Shown: piece by piece, positions 54,117-64,000 of the stretch
How positions within the stretch are numbered: the first letter of the stretch is position 1
Layout: every line of letters starts with the position of its first letter
NCBI GenBank assembly: GCA_043228905.1
Contig: JBHGNT010000002.1
Location: forward strand, 23,746,001 to 23,810,000
DNA length: 64,000 nt
Source of the DNA: Azolla caroliniana
Lineage: Eukaryota > Plantae > Polypodiophyta
Reading direction: 5' to 3'
Notes under the pieces: model-generated
Told to the model about the DNA's origin: nothing
What the model saw: only the letters and a program-made list of their open reading frames with translations
Databases searched by the model: none
Program-made: the position numbers and the translations under genes

Positions 54117-56369
54117 ATGCCTCCTCACAAGGCCTCGACCCATTGGTCCCGCCCATCTCCTCCTTTCAAATCGTCGCCAGGCGGCGGCCAATCTAACGCC
54201 GCCGCCATATCATCATCATCATCATCGCCAGCGTCAGGCTCTGCATATGTCTTCCCTGCACCGATCGTAAAGACATCCAATCTTCCTAATCCTAATCCTA
54301 ATCCTAACCCTAATCCTAATCAGGGTTCTGTTGATACCGGTGTCTGCATCAGCCATGGGAAGAATTCTAAGACCAAAAGGCCAGCGATGGCTTCGGAAAA
54401 GATTAGCGACAGCACCCCATGGACTTCTTCTCACCCATCAAACCAATCATCGGCCCAAGGTAAGGCCCAACCCGCATTGCAACGAAACCAATCAGTCTCT
54501 GCGCAGAACAGTAACTACCCAAACCCTAATGCTCAGAAGAAGACCGGGACGTTGCGGCGCTCCCGAAGCTTCTCTGAAGATCATCATCATCATCATCATC
54601 ATAATAATAATAGTCATATCAGTGTCATGGGTTCACATAACCTAAATGAGTCGGATGGCAACGATTTTAGGGTTTCTCGATCGGGAGCAACAGTAGGCAA
54701 CGATTTTAGGGTTTCTCGATCCGGAGCAACAGTGGCTCCCCCACCTGTGCATCTTCGATTCCATGTTGATGATGCGATCCATGAGCTGCTTAGCAGCCAT
54801 ACTCAAGGAGGGGGGTCTAAATCGAAAGGCTTTACCATAATCTCGAGTCTTTTCTCTTGCTTAATGAACCCTATAAGTGGTAGAAGTGGCAGCCAAGTAG
54901 TAGGAGCCACGAAAGCGCAGAATGGTACTGATCCTAATCACAATACTGCTAGTAGACCCAGCCTTAGTGAAAGAGTGGCTGAGCTTCTGGAGATTAGTAA
55001 GAAACAGCAATCTGAGCTTGCTGATAAGCAAGACACCATCGATATGCTGGAATGGCAACTGGAGCAAATGCAAGCTATGGCTTTAAAAGCAGGCCCTAAG
55101 AGAGGGGGAAATGTGGTCACTGATCCGAGCATTAATCCGTCAAGGCAATTAAGCAGCAGAGCTACTAAATCCTTAGGAATCGATGGGAACACCATGAATA
55201 CTGATGATAGCAGTCATGGATCTGCCGCCAAGGCAGCGATCGCAGAAGGCGACCATCATTGCTATGTGAAGGAATGCATCTCTAATAATAAGCCAGGGGC
55301 GGATGTTAGTAATACTAACAAATCGAAGCCGAGGGATGAAGAGGAAGATCGAATCTCTGCAGTACATGAAGATCATTCATGGATCAAAGGAATGGATGAT
55401 GAGGAGGAGGAGATGGGGCATGAGCATGATGACAAGGAAAACAAGGGAATGTTACCAACAGGAAGCGGCGATGAGAATGCAAAGCCTGTAGCGAGTAGCG
55501 GCGGTGTTGGAGGCGAGGCCGATGAGGCAATCATAGGGCTTCTTCTTCTTCATACACAAGAAGAAGTAAGAAGAAGAGACAAGGAGAACGGGGAGGACGT
55601 AATCGGGCTAATCGAGATGGCCACGATGCGGGCGAGGTTCTCGATCCGCTCCTTCTCCAAGGCGATGATCAAGCAAATGGAGGCTTCGGGCGGCTGCGCG
55701 GTGCTGCGGACACTGGCGGGGCTGGAGCCGGGGGCCGTGCTGGCCCGGAAGGAGCACGCGGTGTATGCGCTCGAGTCGAGGATCAACCGCGCCTTCTTCC
55801 ACTGCTTCGAGAACGACAGCTTCGACGAGTCGGGGGTCACGCAGATCCTGGACCCGGCCGCCCGCTGCTCCGTGCGGCTCTCGGAATTCCGGAGGATGAA
55901 GCTCTCGGAGCCCGGCCACGCCGTGGACACCGCCCATCCTTCCTTCGACGCCGCCTTCCGCCGCTTCTGCCAGCGCAAGACCAAGCAGCTGTGGTCCCAA
56001 TTCTCGTGGCAAATCCTCTTCCACTCCCCGGACGAGAGGGAAGCCTTCACTTCCTCCTTTCTAGAAGCTTCCAAATGCGTCTGGCTCCTCCACCGCCTCG
56101 CCTTCTCGATACACCCAAACCTTACCATCCTCCGGGTCGCCAAAGGTCTGGACATCGACCCTCTTTACGTCGACGCCGTGCCCGACTTGAAGACGAAGAC
56201 GAAGAAGAAGCCGTCACGGCATTGCCCGGACAACGACATGTCCGTGTCACTTTGTCCGACTTGCTCGCGGTCCAAGGTCGAGTTCCTCATCATGCCCGGA
56301 TTCCAAGCCTTGGACAAGCTCCTCGTCAAGTGCCAAGTCTATCAACATATTCGCTGCAGCCTCGATTGA
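54117..56369 (+). CDS. IRK-interacting protein / GIL1-like (DUF641-related) protein, 750 aa, intronless
   Basis: Uninterrupted ORF with a disordered N-terminus and a coiled coil (ERVAELLE..LEWQLEQMQ). The conserved C-terminus reads YALES..F..FEN..F, FLEASKCVWLLHRLAFSIHP..ILRV and VEFLIMPGF....LVKCQVY. Confidence 0.87.
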   Translation: MPPHKASTHWSRPSPPFKSSPGGGQSNAAAISSSSSSPASGSAYVFPAPIVKTSNLPNPNPNPNPNPNQGSVDTGVCISHGKNSKTKRPAMASEKISDSTPWTSSHPSNQSSAQGKAQPALQRNQSVSAQNSNYPNPNAQKKTGTLRRSRSFSEDHHHHHHHNNNSHISVMGSHNLNESDGNDFRVSRSGATVGNDFRVSRSGATVAPPPVHLRFHVDDAIHELLSSHTQGGGSKSKGFTIISSLFSCLMNPISGRSGSQVVGATKAQNGTDPNHNTASRPSLSERVAELLEISKKQQSELADKQDTIDMLEWQLEQMQAMALKAGPKRGGNVVTDPSINPSRQLSSRATKSLGIDGNTMNTDDSSHGSAAKAAIAEGDHHCYVKECISNNKPGADVSNTNKSKPRDEEEDRISAVHEDHSWIKGMDDEEEEMGHEHDDKENKGMLPTGSGDENAKPVASSGGVGGEADEAIIGLLLLHTQEEVRRRDKENGEDVIGLIEMATMRARFSIRSFSKAMIKQMEASGGCAVLRTLAGLEPGAVLARKEHAVYALESRINRAFFHCFENDSFDESGVTQILDPAARCSVRLSEFRRMKLSEPGHAVDTAHPSFDAAFRRFCQRKTKQLWSQFSWQILFHSPDEREAFTSSFLEASKCVWLLHRLAFSIHPNLTILRVAKGLDIDPLYVDAVPDLKTKTKKKPSRHCPDNDMSVSLCPTCSRSKVEFLIMPGFQALDKLLVKCQVYQHIRCSLD

Positions 56370-56899
56370 TTCATGCTAAGTTTTAATACATACATATATA
56401 CTTCATTCTAGTATAATTATAGTGCACACATTCTCATTGCTGATTAAATTTCAATCAATCAATACATATTGTACTATTTGTTGCCAAAGTTTTCTTCTTT
56501 TCTTTTGCTTGTAACAATTTGTATTGATAATTTTTGCAAGAGACTTGCCTTTTACATGGTATTACCGAATTGCATGATATAATGATATTGGATACCTTGT
56601 AATTATTCAAAGTCTTGGTAAGGATATGTCTTAGCTCTTTGAATTGGTGTCCAATGGACAAATGGGAAGTGTACTTTGATGCGTAGATACGGATATGTGG
56701 ATATTGTGATGGGATTCCACGAAGTTGGGCTCACACAAATGCCAATGTTTCATGAGAGCATTTATAGCAAACTCACACTTTTGATTAACCTTTGATCTTT
56801 TGCAAAATTGACTCACGTAATCGTCAATGTTTTGCGTACATGTCATTGCCAACCTTCTCTTATTTGGGTACTAAGGCATCCTTAAGAGCAAGCTCACAC

Positions 56900-58400
56900 T
56901 TTTGATTAACCTAGACCTTTTATCACTAGTTAAAATATTGTGGGGTGCCTCTCTCGTGCATTTTGTAGTGTTGTAGCACAACTAAAAATCTTTGCACATT
57001 AAGATTGAGATGAGTAGATGTGCATGTAGGCCAACAAGGAATAATGGATCCGGCAATAGTGACATTGGGACGTGGAACATTATGTTTGCGGATTATTCTT
57101 CTCATGAAATAAGGGACAATAGCTCTATCAATTTGACAAAGGCTTTCATCCATATTAAAGAGTTGGAGCCATGAGGGCCTCCACCTTAGTAGGATGGGTA
57201 ACAAGCTTCCTTTGATAGCTTCTAAGGAAATCTAAAATCCAACCATAAAACATTAACCTAATTGATGGAGAAGCATTACAACTTTCTTTCTCTCTTTTAA
57301 AAGGTCCAAAGCTAGAAGCCATATTGAATCCGAAAAAAGAGTAAACATAAAATGAAAAACTAGTCATTCACAATGGTTCAATGCCTTGGTGTAACTTCTT
57401 CCAACCTCCCAAACAAATGTGTGATGACCAATTTTCTTCCTCTTAAAAAAATTCTATCTTCCTATCTAGTTTTCTTTAGCTTTCCTTGAAGGTGTGGTGA
57501 AGACTATACCTTAAAACCTCTAGCCACAAGGATTTGAGTCGATTATCTTTAAATAACTATTTTTTAATAAAAACTGAACTTTGCACTATTTGATTTCGGG
57601 TTGTTTGTTTCTCAAACTAATGCATAGAATATCTTGCCCTTTGCACTTTCACACCCTTTAGTACAATGGTGATAATGACTTCATCATCTTTCTTGATGCC
57701 CACACATTTTAGGTTGTCTCCAATCCTGAAATTGGCATTGGTTGAGGCATGGATGTTGGTTAGCTAATGGTACAATAGTAAATTTGCCCACATACATGAA
57801 GTTGTTGGTGAGGATTAAGTTACCAAGATTCAGAACATTGAAAAACACAACTAGTTGCACAAATTTGTCCCTCATAATGTCTATTGCTTGGAATAGTGAG
57901 CACCTCCTTAGAATGTGCAAATGCAATATCCCCCTAGAACATCTAGATGCATACCCATTCAACAAAGAACTTAATGAGGAAGCCCCTTGGCTACCAATAA
58001 CAATGTCAACACCAGATATTACACCACCACCATACTGGAATTAGTGGAATCAAACTTCATATTAGATGGAAAAAATGGGTTATCACTAGAATTGGAAGAA
58101 AATGATGATCATAATGGCCAATCAACTTATGGAGCACATCAATGTGAGCGTCCCTGAAATATTACATCAAAATTGGACAATCCTCGATCTCTCAATACTT
58201 CCTTGAGTTTGGAAATGGTTTTTCTCCTCCCACTGCTTTTCGTTTAACTCCTAAGCTTGCCTTATAACTTGGTAGAAGAAGAAAGAAGTAGGAAGATTTT
58301 CATGTGAAGCTAAGAATCACTAGAGTTCATCTAGAAGAGGGTATTGAGACACTTTGGAAGAGAAAAAGAAGCTAGGATTTCAGTCTAAACTCCAATGAGC
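56900..58400 (-). mobile_element. Highly degenerate Ty3/gypsy-like gag/protease relic
   Basis: Fragmentary PILL..RP.WL (protease C-terminal-like) and Cys/His knuckle-like remnants, with many stops. Confidence 0.3.
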
Positions 58401-58450
58401 ATGAATGTGGGTCGAAATTGAGATTGTTTCTACTACCTCCTCTCTCTTTG

Positions 58451-58451
<1 letters not shown>

Positions 58452-58512
<61 letters not shown>
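58452..58512. repeat. Compound (CA)n(CT)n microsatellite
   Basis: Read directly from the sequence. Confidence 0.97.
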
Positions 58513-58516
<4 letters not shown>

Positions 58517-61500
58517 AAAACACACAATTATATTAATAAATGTGTGTAAAAAACACTACTTACAATGGGTGTGACAATGGAGTATGGTCACCCACTAACT
58601 ACACAACATGGGTAGTGGAACATGTTGAGTTGCCAATAGGCAAGACGAACACTCCATTGAAGAAAGAATTTTCACTTGCTCCAATAAAGAAAATTGCCAT
58701 ATTAGTACTCCCTTCAACTTTCGTAGATATGCTTTCACTCCATGTCTACCGTCGAATACAAAAGTGCTGCGCATATTCCAATTATGACGCAATCCCCAAT
58801 ATCTCAGAAATAGAAAAACGATCTCCATATTCCATTTTGGGTCAACCTGTGTAAATTGTACAAACACCCATTGTCTAGGTGTCAAATAACACCGTGATAA
58901 GACTTGCCAAATTTGAGAAATGTAACTCCAAATCTAACAAGCAATCAGACATTGTATAAATCGATGAGTACTATCTTCCAATTGAACAATGCAAAAAAAG
59001 CAATTACCTGTTGCTAATCCACGCCGCTTTAGCGCTAATCCTAAAGGCAATCCTCCAATCAAAACTCTCCAAATGAAGACCTTTGCTGCAAGTGGCAATT
59101 TAGAATGCCAACTATGTTGTAAGATCTGCCACTACCCATGATCATATTTGTGTATTCACCATTCTTCTTCAGCCTTAGATGATAAGCATCCAAGAGACTC
59201 AACAGAGAAATGATACAAAAGATTAGTAGACACTTGTAACATAGATGTTTGGCCCTTTAAACACCAATCAATCCGCGGTTGTTCTCCTGTTTGTAGAGGT
59301 AAGGGACCTTGCATCAATGGAATATTTTGTAGTTGTTGCCAAATAAACCCATAATTAGGCGAAATGCGTAATAGTTGTCGAGCTTCAACAAACTCCAAAA
59401 TTCTTTGAGATGAAGCCTCAACTATATCTCCCACCTCTTTGACCCCCAAACGAAACAAATGATTAAATTGAGAGCGCAATCTCTCCTTTCCTAGCCAACA
59501 TAATAACTGAGAAGACACAAGCAACTCTTTTTGAAAGGAATTACAATGCTCTCTACTAGAGGATGGTTTCCATACACATAACAAGAGTCTTTCTTGCCAT
59601 GAGGTAACCAAGTGTTGAACACATGTAGAGCCTGGAATCCTAAGTGAAATACATCCATTTAGTAATTGACACCATGAAGCCTTAATCATTGTCCTCCCAT
59701 GTGTTAAACCCTTGTTCTCGATGAAAGATTGAACAATAGATATCCATGGTTGTGAGTTTGAACACATGTCTTGTAATAATGAAAATCTACGAGCCATCAT
59801 ATGCTTAGATAAGTTCAATACTCCAGCTCCCCCCAAGCGCTTAGGAGTTACTAGATGATTCCATGCAACCCAAGTGATTCCCATCTTACAAGATTGTGAC
59901 TTCCAATACATGAACTTATCCCTCAACTTACTAGACATCCATTCAATCAATTGACCATTTGTAACATTCATTCCTAATGGATAGCCCAAGTGTCAAAAAA
60001 TAGATCCTTTCTTCACGACATATCCTTGCCATCCTAAACATTCCAAATCCCTTTTAGTACATGATATGAGACTAGACTTCCTCCAATTAATATGTAATCC
60101 GGATGCCAATGCAAATTGGTTCTATACAAGCATCCCCTTCTCAAGATTTTGTCGTGAGGCTAAGTTGTAGAAACATGAAAGAATCATCAACCAAAGCTTG
60201 TGCTACTAGTTGCCCTCTAGACGGAAGGTGTAGACCCACAATGTCACCATTTGTTGCAAGCCTTGATAACGTCACTTACAAGGGATGAGTCACAATAGTA
60301 AACAACAATGAGCATCCTTGACAAACGGATCTTGTGAGGGCAATATCTGATGTAACTCCCCCATTAAGCATTACTCGAGACACGACATCTTGTCCTAATA
60401 AAAATATAAGGCGAGATATACGAGGTCCAAAGCCCATTGTATGCATTAACCTAGAAACATAGGACCAATTAACATGATAATAAGCTTTCTCCAAATCTAA
60501 TTGCACCATAATCAATTCTTGATGTTAAGTGTTTCGAGCATAATCCATGGCCATTTGAACATTCAACACATTATGCAATATATTTTTACCTGCAATAAAA
60601 CCATATTGGGCGGGATGTATCAACTTTGAAAAATACTTTTGTAATCTATTTGCCAAGACCTTTGTAAATATCTTATACAACCCCCCCATCAAAGAAATAG
60701 GCTCCATTGATGAAATGACTCGGGCGATGCCACCTTTGGAACTAATTTAAGTAGACCAACCTTCCAAGCTTGAGGCATATGACCAGAATCCCAAGAATGT
60801 TGAGACATCAAAGTTAAGGGCCCCTTTAAAATGTTTGAGTATCGCTTGAAAACTTCATTTCTCAAGCCATCCCAACCAGGTCTCTTACCACTATGAAGAT
60901 GCCTTAAAACTGTGTCCACCTCATCCACAGTGAAATCCACATCCAATTCATGACTAATGAGGTCATGCATAATACATCCAACCACATCATAAAACTCATG
61001 ACGTGCTCTACTCACCTCATTTGTCATTAACAATTGTGGGCCAATCAACTCCTTAAAATAATGAACACATATGTCAATTATTGTGGTAGGATCCACTATC
61101 CATTCATCCCCTTGCTTCACATGTACCACATTAGATCGAGCATAAGTATGATGTAACGCTTGATAAAACAAATGAGGTTGACATTGATTATCTATGAGCC
61201 CATCCCTCAATTGTCGCATCTTTGCATAACGATAACTTTGGCATTGCAATTGAGAAATAATAACATGCAATTGACTTTGGATATCCAAAAGCTCCTCACC
61301 TAATGGTGCATGTATCAATAATGCATTACACCTAGAGAGAACTTGTGAGAATTGTTGAAGAAGACCTCTTCTTCGTTGAGCATTAGTTACTCCATACATA
61401 CGATGAATGATCTTAATGTTTCGTAACGTGATATCCCATGCTTTAACTCCTTTAAGATTCAATTCTTGTGAAAAATTTACCAAAATTTGCTCCATGAGAG

Positions 61501-62105
61501 AATCAAAGTGAGGTTGAAACAAAAGAGAAGAGTTAAAGCGTAATGGAGGCTTTCCAAGTAAGGATTTATACATGTCAATTGCATGATTACAAACCTCCAA
61601 ACAAATAGGAAATTGATCTGAAGTTCCTACATCTTGTAGAACTTTCATACAAAGTGATGTTGGTAAAAAAGAATCATTGTGCATCACATACAATCTATCT
61701 AACCGACTCCATGTTTGTCTATGTTGAGTGGATTGGAAAGTAAAACCTAGATCATTCCCATGCAACCATGTCCAAACATCCAACTTCAGAACCTCCATAG
61801 CCAATGAATCTCAAGCTAGTTGCTCAGGATCATCCATGATTGAATATTCAGACGTAGATTGAGATGCATCAACACACATGTTAAAATCACCCATAACTAA
61901 TCCTGGACGACCCACACATAGGGTTTGAAGGAGTGAGCCCCATAATGAAATACATTGAGGGGCTTGGTTAGGGGCACAAATCCCAACCACCCACGCAACC
62001 TCGCCAAAAAAAGTGATTTCTAGGATCAAAATCCGACCATAAGGATCAATATGCACCACTTGAGGATACTATTTATCCTGCACGATTAATACCACACCTG
62101 AATAA
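58513..62105 (-). mobile_element. Degenerate L1/Tx1-like LINE ORF2 (APE endonuclease, RT, C-terminus)
   Basis: EN motifs GDFN, FTF..SRLDR and SD. RT motifs PGWDG, W.PISL..YKI..K.LANRL, QYGF, LDLEKAY, QGC and LGYPLG. Also W..L..PK..GG.G and W.MR..FVF. Frameshifts and stops throughout. Confidence 0.9.
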
Positions 62106-62759
62106 TGATTATTAAGATGTCATGCATAGAATGATGAATATCCATGTAAATGAACTATGGATCCTGCTAACTCATGACACTTATGCTCAACTGCACATAA
62201 TACATCCCATTCTTTACTTAACCAAGTTTCCCATAATATATACTTCTTATGAGGAGAACATGGCCCTCTCACATTCCATGTTACCACTTTCATTGAATGA
62301 ACAATGTTATGGGTGTAGTTGCTCCTTTAGAGCAACCGGTGTCATGAAACTAGTCAAAACATGCTCCAATGCTACATATGGATTTTCTCATTAATTTCCT
62401 CAATACCCTTAAACCTCTTAGAGCTTCCAATGTCTTCCCTTTCACGATTACATTCAACCATCATATTACTCTTTTTTGTATCCATTGTTTCCATATCAAT
62501 GTCCCCCACAATTTGTGAGGAATTCATGTTTATATCCATTATTCTTTAGGTGATATTGATCCAGGATAAAAACAACTTTCCATGAACAAGAGAGACAACC
62601 GGAACTCACTTGATTGAAGAGGTCAAAGATGATGAAGACAATAGAAGACCCACAATGTGTGTTGAGTATGTGGATGCCGATAACACAAGATTCCTTATTT
62701 CTATTGCTGCTTCTCGTACAGACCCCCAAATTTAAGTTGCTATATCTCGTTACAAAACT

Positions 62760-64000
62760 CTAATCGAGGGCTTTCTAATACGTTCTTTGTGCCGACTTCT
62801 ATTGCCGATAGAGAGCGCAACAATAAAAACAGATTCTCTTCTTCTTCTTCCCCTCTCCACTCTTGCTTTTTTCTCTGTTTCTGTCTCTCTCTCTGTTTCT
62901 GTCTGTTGCTACGGTACCGTTTGCTGCCATCTACGGTCGTGCTGCCGTCTATGACTATCTTCTATACGCGTGTTTTTGTTGCGTTTGTGCGTTCTGCTAT
63001 TGCGTTGCCGTCTGTTGTCGTGTTGCTGTCTATTGTCATGTTGTGTCGTTTGTTGCCGCGATGTCGTGTGTTGCCATCTACGACCGTCTGCGGGCGTACT
63101 GTCGTGTTGCTTGCTATTCTGTTGACGTCGCATACTGCCCCTTGCCTGTGCGTGCGTGGTCTGTGTTATTGTTACCGTTGTAAAGTGCACATTCTTGGTG
63201 AACCTTTGAGGTGTGTGCGTTTCACTTTGAGTGCTAGCCTCCTTTGGTGGGTTCTTTCGACGTGCTCGTTGCGTGCTACATGCGAACCGATGAAATGCCG
63301 ATGTGAATGCGACTTCCACACAAACTTGGCTAAGTCTCCCACCCATTTCTTTTATCTTTTTTCTTATTGACACCATAATGATGTCTAAATGAAAGACTTT
63401 TTAGACATGTTTAACCATTTAGCAAAAATAGAGATGGATATGAGAAAATGGGCGAAAGACACCAAAACCCACAAGAAAAAAGATAGAGAGGAAAAAGATG
63501 CCCTTAAAGCCGAAATAGAGAAACGTAAAGTGGAAAACACCATTTGAGGTATCTAGGGATGACGGTGAAATATCCTCCGTAGAGGATATAAAGGAAGAGA
63601 TTAAAAAAGTTAAAGAGGAAGTTAAAACTGACATGGAGTTAGCTAAAACAGGTTGGGTAGATGTGGTTAAAAGAAACATTTGAAAAGAAATAAAAGATGA
63701 AAATATTGTTAACACTACCCTTGACGAAGAGAAAATGCGTCAAGCCCGACGCTTAAATGTACTTGTCACCGGGTTCAAAGAAGATGCATCACCCGTCGAG
63801 GATGCACAAACACTTGGGAAATGTTAGGGTACACAAAGGCCCTACCTATCACCAAAGCTTGGAGGGCCGGACGTGACACAACTAGGAAGAGATCTGTAGT
63901 CCTTCAATTTAAAGACTTAGAATCTGGAATCACATTCTTTACGAAGAGACCAATTCTTCAAGGATTAGGTGGGGACCCTATCTATCTAGATGAAGACCTC
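62760..64000 (+). mobile_element. 5' UTR and degenerate ORF1 of another non-LTR retroelement, running off the window
   Basis: GC-richer repetitive leader, then a coiled coil (EDIKEEIKKVKEEVK), W.DVV, EEKMRQARRLNVLVTGFKE, R.VVLQF and IYLDEDL, typical of LINE ORF1 RRM-type proteins. Stops and frameshifts present. Confidence 0.6.

Noticed and set aside
55550-56386. Overlapping alternative-frame and antisense ORFs in the IRKI-like gene
   Set aside because: An expected by-product of high GC content.

Overview
Land-plant nuclear DNA. It is AT-rich, has GT-AG introns and is dense in transposons; the repeat families suggest a fern, but that is inference. Two host genes are supported: a two-exon CFL1-like WW/EAR/Zn-ribbon gene (- strand, 8171-6637) and an intronless IRKI/GIL1 (DUF641-related) gene (+, 54117-56369). 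The rest is mostly transposon landscape. It holds one complete but nonsense-disabled Ty1/copia element (40476-46120; 388-bp LTRs, PBS, PPT, 5-bp TSD) nested in the 3' UTR of an L1-like LINE that shows a twin-priming-type 5' inversion. There are about ten further 5'-truncated L1-like LINE pieces, most ending in a shared 3' tail motif, plus a degenerate EN-RT LINE, a LINE ORF1 relic, Penelope-like remnants in inverted orientation, hAT and Mutator MITEs with intact TSDs, tandem repeats and microsatellites. I found no new multi-gene system. The most notable signals are the shared LINE terminal signature, the twin-primed LINE, the copia Pol C-terminal extension between two PPT-like tracts, the Penelope-like relic, and HD-ZIP IV sites upstream of the CFL1-like gene.
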